A stretch of 56,091 nucleotides of DNA, counting the filler, from Dirinaria sp. TL-2023a (Eukaryota): the NCBI GenBank assembly GCA_051941275.1. It is 4 parts of 4 records of this genome, joined end to end, with 100 filler letters (N's around TTAATTAATTAA, not from the genome) between each part and the next. Parts side by side here need not be neighbours in the genome. Positions count along the whole stretch, not along the records: positions 1 to 13,961 come from JAVEBF010000635.1; 3 more parts are not named here. The stretch is one strand, 5' to 3'. Shown in pieces: positions 1 to 9,950 of this stretch. The notes beneath the pieces are model-generated. The model saw only the letters and a program-made list of their open reading frames with translations. It was not told where the DNA came from and searched no databases. The stretch's first letter is position 1, and each line of letters opens with the position of its first letter. The translations under genes were made by a program, and so were the position numbers.

Positions 1-3000
1 ATTTTTGAGGGGGCCGTTCAGCCGGATTATGTAGTCGATGGTAGGCAGTAGTGCTGTCACAGCCGAGAAGGCTTCGCTCAGAAGGTGCAGTAGATGAGGC
101 TGGTTCAGAAGACTTGTATCGTCGAGTAGGGACTGGGAAGCTGCGCGCAGACTCTGCATAAATGCGTCGATCATGGCGGTCACTGATTTGATACTTGCTG
201 CGTTCGTGCCGTCGAGATAGTTGAGCAGATCGTGAAAGACTGGTCGCAAAGCTCGCAGATACGGGGAGAGAAGGATCCATCCGGCGGTCGAAGGGAGGCA
301 CGATTCTAAATAGGCTGGGATGATGGCTCTGATGAGGAAAGCGCGCAGTGTTGGCCTTTGGTCGTGCCCTAGCTCGAAGCCTCCTGACATTGCGGCGTAG
401 AGTTGACCGACGAGATATTGTTGTTGGTCTTCGGTGGCAGCACGCTCGGATACAGATTGGAGGAAGACCGCAAGCTGTTTCGGTGTTCGAGGGTCTTGCA
501 GCCTAAGACCGTAGTTCTTGAGTTGCCCTACCACATACAGAGGGTCTGTGACAGGCAGAGGGAACGCGTTGGAGTCAGTGAAGAATCTATCGATGGGGCA
601 GATGGCCGAAGTGTGCTGCTGGAGGAACTCTACCACCCGTTGCGCAAAGTCCACGTACGCACCCTGAACGTTCGACGCCGGCCCGAGTTCTTGATAGTTG
701 TGCTTCATTGCGTTCATGAGATGCTTCACTAGACCTTTGCATTCTTGTTTCAGCTCCGGCCCCGAAACGCCGTTGTCGATTGATTCTCGCATATTGGATA
801 GGACGGACGATACCAGTGAGAGGCGCCGCAGCGAAAAGTCTGATGGCGTGATATTGTACAGCCCTGTAGTTTTATCTGCCCAAAAAGGCAGGTTTCGCAA
901 TAGCGGATTGGCGCTGTCAATATTTAGCATGGCGCTGGTGACCCGATTCTGGAATTTCAACAAAGACTCTCGCTCGACCAAAGATTCGATCCATGATCGT
1001 AAAAAGTACTCGCGGTGCTCGGCGTAGGCTTCTCTGTCACTTTCAAGAAGGCGAGCAAGAAAGTATGCCGTGAACTTTCGAGTTTGCTGGGTCGACCTTA
1101 GCGAGTTCCAAGAGTCCTGACCAAATGGACCGAGGTAATCGTTCCAACTCTTAAGCCCGGAGCGGACAAATGTTGAAGCGACAGCAACCCAGGTATCGAT
1201 AATCTTGGCTAGTAAGTCGTCCTGTGGAGCTGTGTCGGCACCAAAGGCATTAGAGAGCAAGTACCTAAGAGGTTCCTCTGCAATTCCTTGGAGATGGGCT
1301 ATAGCGCCTCTTTCTTGAGATGTTTTGGAACCACTCCCATCTTCTTCAGCGAACGACCAATCTCCGTAATCTTGGCTATCATCGTTGGGGTCTTTCTGTT
1401 GGGAAAGCCTTGCATATCTCGCGAATTGTAAGGCATAGTTCAGGAGGACCTCCAAAGTTTGCTTTACTACTGTGTTCGTTTGAGGTCGGGTCGCGCTGAA
1501 GAGCTCGAATGTTGGCATTATGGCTGATGTAAGCAGTACACGCATGGCTTCATAGTCTGTGCTGGCTGATAGAGCGAGCTTGAGAGACACCAAAGCATCG
1601 CCTATTACAGCCTCCACCTGCCGCTGGTTACGGGAAATAGTGGACTCCAGCAACTCCGCATTGATGGTCAAGCCAGTGTTGTGCTCTGAGAGTCGCACTT
1701 GCTGCTCAGCTTCAGAACGAGCCAGTGCATGCTGACGCAAAAGCTGCACCATCAGGTCGTTGTGCCACTCTGCAAAAGGGGCCAAACTTGTTAGTTGCTC
1801 TTGGGTAGAGAGTTGATACTGAACAAGGTTGGACCAAGTACGGATGTTAAGGTGACAAGCTTCCCGATGTGAGTTTTCCACGTTGACAAGATTGCGTATC
1901 ACGGTGAGGCGAGGGCGGAACTCCCGAGGAGACGCCCAGTACAAAGTACTGAGCAGATCATGGTGGTTTCTCAGCGCATCTAGGTCTTCTTGAAGGATAG
2001 CTTCTTCTTTTGGATGGGACCGTCCATGATTAGGCATTAGCCGCCAAACGATGTCGCGAATCCTCTTCGCTGGGTACACACTTCGCATTCTCATTAGCCC
2101 TTTTGCGAGTATTTTCAGGAAGACATGAAATGATTTGTCTCCAAGGACGAGATCCAGGGAGGGGTTCTTTGCTAAGTCATTCAAGAAAGGTGGAGAGCCG
2201 TGGCAAGATTCATTCTTGAGATGAGATAGGTTATTCCCGGCAAAGAAATCGAACAATGTCCCAATAACGCCTTCACATTTGGCCCAATTCCAGTCGCTGA
2301 TCAGGTGAAGGCAACGCCCAAACAACGCACGGCAGTAGGAGTTGAGAGAAGGATGCCGATGGAAGGAAGCACGGGAATATACTTCAAGAACTCGACTTAT
2401 CATTTGCTTAACCGGGACCCAGTTGTCACATTGCGTTTTGAAGCGAAGTCCCGTCTCAATGACGCCTTTGGAGTTGAATTCAAGGAAAGGCAGCAAGATG
2501 AATAGAGCCTGCCAGCGCTTTTCCAAGTAATGGACATCATTGCATTCGCCAGCTCCAGTAAAATAGATTTCATTGACGATTTCCCAAAATGGTTGGAGGG
2601 ACTTTTGGCTATTGCCGAGCAGGTGGTAGCAAATCACCAGAGCCTGAATCGGTACATGTTCATTGCGGATGCTATACGCGGAGCCTTGAACGGGTCGGAG
2701 AGCATCAGAACATTGAAAGAATGCAGATAATCGATCCCGTAATACCAGTGCAAGCACGTATCGCGCCGTTTTGGTCTTCAGCGCGGATATTTCGAGTAGC
2801 GTTCTATGAGGTACCAGTTCATGTTCAGCGATTCGGCTTAGCTGGTAGGTCAAAACTAAATTGAGAATGCCGATTTGTATTTTCATGTCGACGCTTTCAT
2901 TCTTGTGCGCTGAGGATTCATTAGCGGCAGCCGCATCTAGATCATTCAATTCTTCGAGGACAAGTGTAAGAAGACTGGTGCATCGTTCGGTGCAACTGAT

Positions 3001-6000
3001 TCTGTCTACCGGGTCAATGAAGCTGAGGTGGTTGGTGAAATAATCACTAAGGCGCTTTTGCAGTCCGAGCACGCTCTCCGATGCAACTGTGATAGCGGAT
3101 TCCGAGCTAAAAAGTACCTTGATGCTCTTCGCGACAGCACCAAGGACGATCTCGAGCTCGGTGGAAACTTCTTCATTCCATTGACCCCATTTAAATATCC
3201 TGGACAATGACACGAATTCCAAGAATCCTTTTGATCTGTCCATATCTTCGGCACAAAAGGGTTGAATGCTGCAGTTGAAATCTCCGCTACCGATGAACGT
3301 ATTATGGTCGAAATAGGTGTCCTTTGGAAATGGCTTAACGTCGAATGTTACTGGATACTGGTAACTAAAGCGTTCAAACCCCATTAGGCTACCCTGCGGC
3401 CCAAGGGAGGCTTCGTCCAGTTCAGCACCAACATTATCGGAATTTTCTGGTATAAGGGCCCCGCTGGGTTGCCGATAGGTGGGTGAATTGATATCCAAGT
3501 GTTTTGGAGGTCGCTTTCGAATTTTACGCGATCTTGTATGCGCGTTGGCCTCGGTAGCACCTCTACTGGGAGGATTGCCCCTAAGATGAGCGTCCGTTTG
3601 TCTCGCAAAGGAGTGAGATTGATCGCCATCTGTAGGCGAAGGGGCATAGTCTGGTTCTTGATATACGTCACTTAAGCGGTTGATTCGGAGCAGACCGCGG
3701 CGGAACACTACATCAGGGCGGTCCTCATCTAATTCGCCTGACGTAGTCTCTAACATGGCCTGTCTTGGTTCATGATCCCTCTTTAGAGCTGAAGAGATTT
3801 TGCTTCTCTTAGAGGGTACATCAAGCTTGCCAAGAGGGTTCGCAAACCGAAATTTACGGACTTTGCGATTTTCAGTCGTCGGCCTGAGGCGCTTCAATGC
3901 TTGATCGAGAGTACTTTGGTTGTTGCGTTTCTTTGTCTGAGAGATGGTGGACGGACCATTGCCTGTTTGACCTTTCCGCCTCGATGGCTGCTCTTTGCCA
4001 GGCTGATTCTCAAGTAGCAAAGTCTCATTGCCAGATCGCGGCACCAAAGGTTTCCTTTGCCAGTGCCGATCAGTGCCCTTGAATGGTGCGATGGACCCTT
4101 CTCGCCATTCCCGTAGACATCTGTTGGCATCAATAGTGTCTGAGTTGGTTGCTAGTCTCAAGGTTTTGCCAGTTGGGCTATGTCTTCCTTGGTCGGCTCG
4201 CATACTTGCAGTACGAGAAGCAACTTTCAAGAACTGAGGCAATATGGGAGCACCTGGTGCATCAAGCTTAACTGCATCTAATATGCTTAGTTTGGGAGGA
4301 CGGAACTTCGGGGTTTTCTTGATAGCTTTATCGAACCGATCAGTGATCCTTGGCTGATGATAATGACTGCTTCTGGAACCATGATGTGCGTGAGGGGCAC
4401 CAGACCGTGGTTTCGCAACTCTGCAATCTTTGGCTGGCTTTTGAGATCTTTTCTTATTTCCTACAGCCCGGTTCTTTGACTGAAGCATGGCATCTATGCG
4501 ATCGTCCTCCTCAGCCTCGCCGTCACGCGCATGGGTATCACGGCCCACCTCTCTCACACCGATATCCTTAGTTAGTCCGCTGAAGTCTAATGCGTGAAGG
4601 CTCTCAGATTCTGTGAGATGTTCCTCCGAGCCACTCGAGTCGTCGGAAAGTATGATAGGGCCCTCGCTGGGATAGCAAGGACTTCTGATTCGCGAACGCG
4701 AAACAACCTTAGCTACGCCGCGATGGCTATTAGCTCTGGTTGGAGACTTATCGCGAATGTTCGCACGCGTCGACTGGCCTTCTTTCAATTGCGATTTGAG
4801 ATCTAGTTTCAACCAAGATGCAGGTAAAACGCCTCGGATTTTCTTTTGAACTCTTTGCAAGTCTTCAGGGGCCTCCTCTTGTGGACTTGGACTACCGAAG
4901 TCGGAATGAGCATCAAAATCTATGGTAACGTCACCGTCATTGCCAGAATCACTAGATATTTCGTTTTGCAAAGCTGCCGTCATTGGACGTCGCCTGGGTT
5001 CTGAAGAAGTCAAGGGAGTAGGCAATCCAGCTGCTACTGGTTTTCCCGGTATTTTGAATCCTTTTCCAGGCGAGGGCGAAACTGGCGATAGTGGCGAGCT
5101 GGCTGACGGTGTTGGCGAAGCAGGTACGTCGAAACTGGGATTATGGTTTCCAACCCTCCCTGACGCTCTGGCATCGTTTTGAAGGCCTGATTCTCGGCCA
5201 TCTATAAGCGTTTTAGTTTTCTTAGAGTAACTATGCACAGTCTTGCGCCGTTTATTTCCAGCACGATCATAGCCTACTGGACGTGAGCGCAAAAGGGCAG
5301 CTAAGTCGGGTAGCTCATCAGCCCCGTCTTCTTCGTTTTGATGAAAGTCAGGAGAAGGTGATCTGAAAGCTTGCGTGAAAGAAGATGACGATGACGATAC
5401 AATATCCGGGGTGCGCGGCCGGTAAAGACTTGCTGCAGCCTGGCTGTCGTCTTGGCTATGCACGTACGGTGCTTGAGACTCTTCTTGAATGTCTGTTACA
5501 TAACCATCTTGGGCCTGAGCTATATGGATTGGCTTAAGGCCTCGAGCTTTCATTGTTTGATTATACTTCTCTTGTTCTAGCACAAAAGGATGCATTTGTA
5601 TCAAATTTCGTCGCCTGAATGACCGACCCTCGCGAGGTACTGTAGGAGACCCAGCGCCCGCCCGTAATTTTGCATCAACATCAAAATTGTCAGTGTTGGA
5701 GTGATTCAGATCATGGGGCAGTGGTAGATCGTGTGCACTCGGTATAGAAAGATTTGGTGGAATTAGAGCTGCAGCGTTCGAAGCAGCGTCTGAAAGAACG
5801 TTTGATGTCGGTGATGCCTGAGGCTCTAGGTGTATGCTCTCAGCAGGACTCGACGATATGCTGGTCAAAGGGGAACTCAGGAGATCTGGCTGTAGTATGG
5901 ACTGAGTTCGTGTTTGATCTTCATTAGGAACCGTATCTAAGACTGAACCCTGGGATGTTGCAGATAAAGGTGCCGCTGGCGGAATTCCGTAGTGATCTTG

Positions 6001-6348
6001 CCCTAGCTCATCTATATCTGTCTCCGGGCTCGATGCTAACTGCACAACCCCAGGCCCTCCTTGGGATTTGGATAATCTTGTAATGCTCTTGCGCAATGGC
6101 GTCCGGCCTTCTTCATCCTCATCGTCGTTTCGTTCTGAGACTCTAGGTCCCTTGGCATGTCGCTCCTCCCATTCAGCGACCTCCAGCACAGACTCATGGC
6201 TGACATCTGGACCTTGCAAGCTACCTGTATTTGGGTTGTTGGTTGGCTGTAAGGTATGAAGGTTGCTGCTTTGAGTACGCCCAAGGCCTTGACTTTCTTC
6301 TTCATCATCAGAGTCTGGGACGTAGCCTCGAGTCCGCCATTCTGCCAT
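1..6348 (-). CDS. MMS22: Mus7/MMS22 family DNA-repair protein, 3' end runs off the window (>=2116 codons)
   Basis: Manual translation from ATG 6348 gives MAEWRTRGYVPDSDDEEE, the typical family N-terminus. Internal motifs RSFRRRNLIQMHPFVLE, DLDALRNHHDLLSTLYWASP and SHREACHLNIRTWSNL. The frame at position 1 matches the start frame, consistent with one long exon. Absent from the ORF track because no stop lies in the window. Confidence 0.88.
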   Translation of the reverse strand, partial: MAEWRTRGYVPDSDDEEESQGLGRTQSSNLHTLQPTNNPNTGSLQGPDVSHESVLEVAEWEERHAKGPRVSERNDDEDEEGRTPLRKSITRLSKSQGGPGVVQLASSPETDIDELGQDHYGIPPAAPLSATSQGSVLDTVPNEDQTRTQSILQPDLLSSPLTSISSSPAESIHLEPQASPTSNVLSDAASNAAALIPPNLSIPSAHDLPLPHDLNHSNTDNFDVDAKLRAGAGSPTVPREGRSFRRRNLIQMHPFVLEQEKYNQTMKARGLKPIHIAQAQDGYVTDIQEESQAPYVHSQDDSQAAASLYRPRTPDIVSSSSSSFTQAFRSPSPDFHQNEEDGADELPDLAALLRSRPVGYDRAGNKRRKTVHSYSKKTKTLIDGRESGLQNDARASGRVGNHNPSFDVPASPTPSASSPLSPVSPSPGKGFKIPGKPVAAGLPTPLTSSEPRRRPMTAALQNEISSDSGNDGDVTIDFDAHSDFGSPSPQEEAPEDLQRVQKKIRGVLPASWLKLDLKSQLKEGQSTRANIRDKSPTRANSHRGVAKVVSRSRIRSPCYPSEGPIILSDDSSGSEEHLTESESLHALDFSGLTKDIGVREVGRDTHARDGEAEEDDRIDAMLQSKNRAVGNKKRSQKPAKDCRVAKPRSGAPHAHHGSRSSHYHQPRITDRFDKAIKKTPKFRPPKLSILDAVKLDAPGAPILPQFLKVASRTASMRADQGRHSPTGKTLRLATNSDTIDANRCLREWREGSIAPFKGTDRHWQRKPLVPRSGNETLLLENQPGKEQPSRRKGQTGNGPSTISQTKKRNNQSTLDQALKRLRPTTENRKVRKFRFANPLGKLDVPSKRSKISSALKRDHEPRQAMLETTSGELDEDRPDVVFRRGLLRINRLSDVYQEPDYAPSPTDGDQSHSFARQTDAHLRGNPPSRGATEANAHTRSRKIRKRPPKHLDINSPTYRQPSGALIPENSDNVGAELDEASLGPQGSLMGFERFSYQYPVTFDVKPFPKDTYFDHNTFIGSGDFNCSIQPFCAEDMDRSKGFLEFVSLSRIFKWGQWNEEVSTELEIVLGAVAKSIKVLFSSESAITVASESVLGLQKRLSDYFTNHLSFIDPVDRISCTERCTSLLTLVLEELNDLDAAAANESSAHKNESVDMKIQIGILNLVLTYQLSRIAEHELVPHRTLLEISALKTKTARYVLALVLRDRLSAFFQCSDALRPVQGSAYSIRNEHVPIQALVICYHLLGNSQKSLQPFWEIVNEIYFTGAGECNDVHYLEKRWQALFILLPFLEFNSKGVIETGLRFKTQCDNWVPVKQMISRVLEVYSRASFHRHPSLNSYCRALFGRCLHLISDWNWAKCEGVIGTLFDFFAGNNLSHLKNESCHGSPPFLNDLAKNPSLDLVLGDKSFHVFLKILAKGLMRMRSVYPAKRIRDIVWRLMPNHGRSHPKEEAILQEDLDALRNHHDLLSTLYWASPREFRPRLTVIRNLVNVENSHREACHLNIRTWSNLVQYQLSTQEQLTSLAPFAEWHNDLMVQLLRQHALARSEAEQQVRLSEHNTGLTINAELLESTISRNQRQVEAVIGDALVSLKLALSASTDYEAMRVLLTSAIMPTFELFSATRPQTNTVVKQTLEVLLNYALQFARYARLSQQKDPNDDSQDYGDWSFAEEDGSGSKTSQERGAIAHLQGIAEEPLRYLLSNAFGADTAPQDDLLAKIIDTWVAVASTFVRSGLKSWNDYLGPFGQDSWNSLRSTQQTRKFTAYFLARLLESDREAYAEHREYFLRSWIESLVERESLLKFQNRVTSAMLNIDSANPLLRNLPFWADKTTGLYNITPSDFSLRRLSLVSSVLSNMRESIDNGVSGPELKQECKGLVKHLMNAMKHNYQELGPASNVQGAYVDFAQRVVEFLQQHTSAICPIDRFFTDSNAFPLPVTDPLYVVGQLKNYGLRLQDPRTPKQLAVFLQSVSERAATEDQQQYLVGQLYAAMSGGFELGHDQRPTLRAFLIRAIIPAYLESCLPSTAGWILLSPYLRALRPVFHDLLNYLDGTNAASIKSVTAMIDAFMQSLRAASQSLLDDTSLLNQPHLLHLLSEAFSAVTALLPTIDYIIRLNGPLKN

Positions 6349-6422
6349 GGGTCGATGCACTGCATACCGAATGGAGCGATCGCATATGACTTTTGAAGTG
6401 GCACTCAGGCTCGGCTAGTGAG

Positions 6423-6442
6423 ACGCGACTTGCTTGACGCGT
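6423..6442. promoter_or_regulatory. Paired MCB-like elements (ACGCGA, ACGCGT) upstream of MMS22
   Basis: ACGCGA at 6423-6428 and ACGCGT at 6437-6442, 75-95 bp upstream of the ATG of a replication/repair gene; matches the MBF-binding MCB consensus. Confidence 0.5.
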
Positions 6443-7207
6443 TTGATGTTCTATTCTTAAGGGTGGTCCTCAATATTAAGCACAGGACTTTTCCTATTAT
6501 AGCGTGAGGAGTACAGTACATATGTACCTTATCTTCCATAAGATCTTACTACTCAAAGCAAATGGGACAAAAATAATACTCGGAGCACGGCATCATAAAG
6601 ATTACATTGAGCAGCGGCAGTAGGAAGTCTCTCCCAATTCTGGCAACAAGTTTGGGCTTCCTGAGAACCAATCTGCCATGGATGATGGATCACGCCTTCA
6701 CTCTCCATTTTCAGGAGTAGGCCAACGCAAGTAATAGAGGTCTCTGTCAGATTTATGGTGAATTCCAGTTTTGCTTCTTTCCCCTGATCCACCGGAACCC
6801 TTGATAGACCAATTTTTCCCGCCGCAGCAGCTTCTTATATACGCTAAATAAATTGGGTAGATCACAGTAACCATAAATTAGCAAAAATTTTTATTGTTTC
6901 GTGAACTTACGGTCTGAAACATTTTTAACGGAAACCCAGCTATTGCCGTATCAAACATATCTCCTCTCTACCAAATAGTCTCATTGCTCTCACCCCATAT
7001 CGTACATCTTTCTCGTGTATGAGGTAAAAGACCGATAGACATACGCTCATGCGAATCTCACGCTCGTGTGGCGAGCGCTTCGGCTGCGTATGGCTTTGCA
7101 ACAGAATTCCAATCGTGGAGAAGCCGCAAACCCTGATACGTCTCTCACGAGAGACCTTGCTTTTTCTACATTCTTCCAACGCTCTCTGGATTTGGTCTGC
7201 TCCTCCC

Positions 7208-7554
7208 TCAAGCTCTGTACCACTAGACATCTCGTTTAAGAACCACCGACTCTGACTCATCGTCTTCGGTAATCTAGAATTCTTCCCCTGGATCCAGCCA
7301 CTCAACTTCTAGTCCTTCTGCTCCAAAAGGTCCCTGAGTTTTGAAGGTGGGGATCTTGCCTTTAGCGATGTGTATTGCCTTTTCTAGGTGACCGTCAAGC
7401 ACCGCTCGCATGATTTCGAGATCGAAAGCCGGGATGTTTTGTTCCTACGCGATTTGGCAAAGCTAGACCATCCAAAAACCCCGCCACGAGACACCAGGAC
7501 CGTAATTACCCCCGTCTCTTTGCTGACGTAGCGTTTGACTTCGTTGGCGGCCAT
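7208..7554 (-). pseudogene. Disrupted ~115-codon gene resembling a phage/virus-type hypothetical protein family
   Basis: Conceptual translation MAANEVKRYVSKETGVITVLVSRGGVFGWSSFAKSR/[frameshift]EQNIPAFDLEIMRAVLDGHLEKAIHIAKGKIPTFKTQGPFGAEGLEVEWLDPGEEF*ITEDDESESVVLKRDV*WYRA*. One frameshift near 7445 and in-frame TAGs at 7274-7276 and 7223-7225. Confidence 0.6.
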
Positions 7555-8313
7555 TGTTAAAAAATAAAAGAAAAAAAACCAATGGAATGAACACGAAATT
7601 CTGGTATCGGCTCCGGGTTTACTTTGGTGACCAGTAATATTAAGGATGATAGATGCCTGGGACTTTGTTCCTTAAGCCGAGTGTGTGCTGATGGCGCCAA
7701 ACAGTGCGGATAAAAGGGGATTTACAGATTTTAATGATGGTCATTTGTGTCGGTACGATGTGATGATCAAAAAGTATGCTGCGACTGCTGTAACATGAGT
7801 CATTAGCTTGAAATTGAGAGCTAATCGACGCCATAACCTCTAGGAGTCCACGTGCAGTCATAACACTCAGCACATGGCCAAAGATTTCAGCAAATAGCTG
7901 GAAGTCTCATTTAAACAACAAAACTTGAAAGCCGAGGACAACAGTAACTAGAAGCAGGTCACCGAATTGCGGCTGCGTTGCGACTCTTTGAAGCTTCAGA
8001 ACATTCCGTGGATATGGTCAAGGATCACCAAGCACTCATACCACGTTTAAATATACTTAGAATTCTTCTGTTGCATGTAAGCATCGGAGAATCCAGGCGA
8101 CGCGTATAGAAGACTGCGACAGGGAAGTGGCCTATACATGGTTAGGTTACAAAATCGCATATCTGGTTGCAAGGTATTCGAAGCCCTAGTCGTAAACAAA
8201 ATGCCATGCTCCAGACGACTTAGACAGAAGTTGTATGACCTTAACCATGATGCATCTAGCTCTACCAGAGCCCGTTGTAAAGGAATGGTACATCTCACTC
8301 AACTGTAAGCATT

Positions 8314-9573
8314 TCAAGACATAGCTAGGCTTTGTTCAAGATCATCCCATCTACCCTTTCTCAAGGGGTCTAAATTCTTTATCCGAAGTAACCAAACCCC
8401 GAGCTGATCTTTCGATATCGGCCACTCCTGACTCAGAGTTCTGTGCAAGATGCTTAGCTCGATCAACGACTTGTAGATCCATTTGCAGTCTTCGTCGAAT
8501 TCCAGCATATCTGTGAGATTTTCGATCTCTCTTAATACATACGCTAGTCTCTGGCCCGTGGTCAGGTTAGGAGCCATGCTCTCAGTAGCGTAAGATGGAT
8601 CGAAAGTGCACATGAGGTACTGGTGATAGAACCATAGGGACTGGTCACTTGGATCAGCAAGCGCGCGTTGGATGAGCTCCAGTTCTGACAGGCAGATTAG
8701 CAAGGTGGTGTAGCTGCTTATTTTCTCTCTCTCTTTGACTTACCGCCGTCCAAGAATCTCAAGCGGGCTGCATCGTCAGCCTTACGTTCGTCCAGCAATC
8801 TTACGATTATCTTGCTCCGGTTGTGCCAGGCCGAAAAATTAGAAAGATTCGACCCAATCATCTTTGTTGTGTACGCAAATTCCTCCTCAATCTGACTACT
8901 CCATTTCATTTCAGATGACAGCCTCTGACTCTCCAAAGCTTCAACTACTACTCTACGGTAGCCCCAACCATGAAAATTCCTGCTGTCGAGGCTGAGCATT
9001 TTGCTTGCGAGTGCCAAATCCCGTTGCCAATACGCTCGAGCATCAGATGCTGGGAGAAGTCGTGTCGCTTCGCCCAGAGCCCATAACCGATAGTTCCATA
9101 TCCAATAGCATTTAGGAAATTTCCGAAGCAGTGGAAGTAGGAAATCAAGGTCATGAGAAATCAGGTCGCCAATAGATTGACCATTACGACTCTTTTCTTC
9201 ACCTGGAGATACATCCCGATCCCTCGCAATTGATTGGGAGAATAAATGCCGCATGATCAGACGCCGGTGGTTCCACATTGTGTAATACTCAGGGTTGATC
9301 TGGAGAAGCCTCGAAATCTGCTGCAAGAGATCGACATCGAATTTTGATCTCTCAATCTACGACCCGTCAACAACGGTACCTGTGCTCCGGATGCACCACT
9401 CACGCCTTGATCAACTTGATCGACAAGGAGTTTGTACTCTTCAATCTTTTGTAATTCTTTTCGACGGGCCTGATCCGATGATGGTTTTGCTCCCGCATAC
9501 CGTGGCACTCCATGCTTTCTTCAACGTGAGCATGCAGATTGATTATCGAGCAACGATTACTTACGCTTGACAT
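8314..9573 (-). CDS. BET4: Rab geranylgeranyltransferase (GGTase II) alpha subunit, 4 exons
   Basis: Exons 9573-9565, 9514-9404, 9356-8744, 8684-8314 give MSSHGVPR..., NPEYYTMWNHRR, FPKCYWIWNYR, DSRNFHGWGYRR, SNFSAWHNR, DPSDQSLWFYHQYL, LDPLRKGRW (prenyltransferase alpha repeats). All introns GT-AG. Confidence 0.93.
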
Positions 9574-9950
9574 GTCTTACCTCCCTGAATCCGAAGACGC
9601 TGCTATTGTGGACAAGTTACAGCCTGGTAGCCAAGCAACAGCTTCAAAGTGGACGGTTTGCGAACCGGCAAGTCGGGCCGCGTAGAGTCTTGGCGCTCTT
9701 TCTGTCCTTGAGATGATGCTGCTCCTTCTTCCAATCCTATCGTCAGGAGTCACATACTCCATTCTCTCTACTCTCCTTCATTTCCTTTTGTTCCTAAGTA
9801 TCTCACTTCCGTGCGCAAGACGCGCTTTGTTTTTGCTTATCAGCTCTTGATTGCATTCCATTACTATCCCAAAAGCAGATTTGTTTTAGTCCTTCGCTTA
9901 GGTTATGTACATCTCGTCTAGTCTCTCATCTCACTCCTTCGGCCGGTGCA

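Noticed and set aside
403..6404. Many short ORFs on both strands listed in the ORF track
   Set aside because: They are antisense or off-frame shadows of the long MMS22 reading frame on the minus strand.
6553..7200. 79-aa and 121-aa minus-strand ORFs next to the phage-like pseudogene
   Set aside because: No recognisable motifs or splice support; the 121-aa ORF starts in an off-frame reading of the pseudogene.
7223..7276. In-frame TAG codons as possible A-to-I editing (TAG to TGG) sites
   Set aside because: Trp does not fit the recalled family pattern at these positions and a frameshift is also present; decay is simpler.
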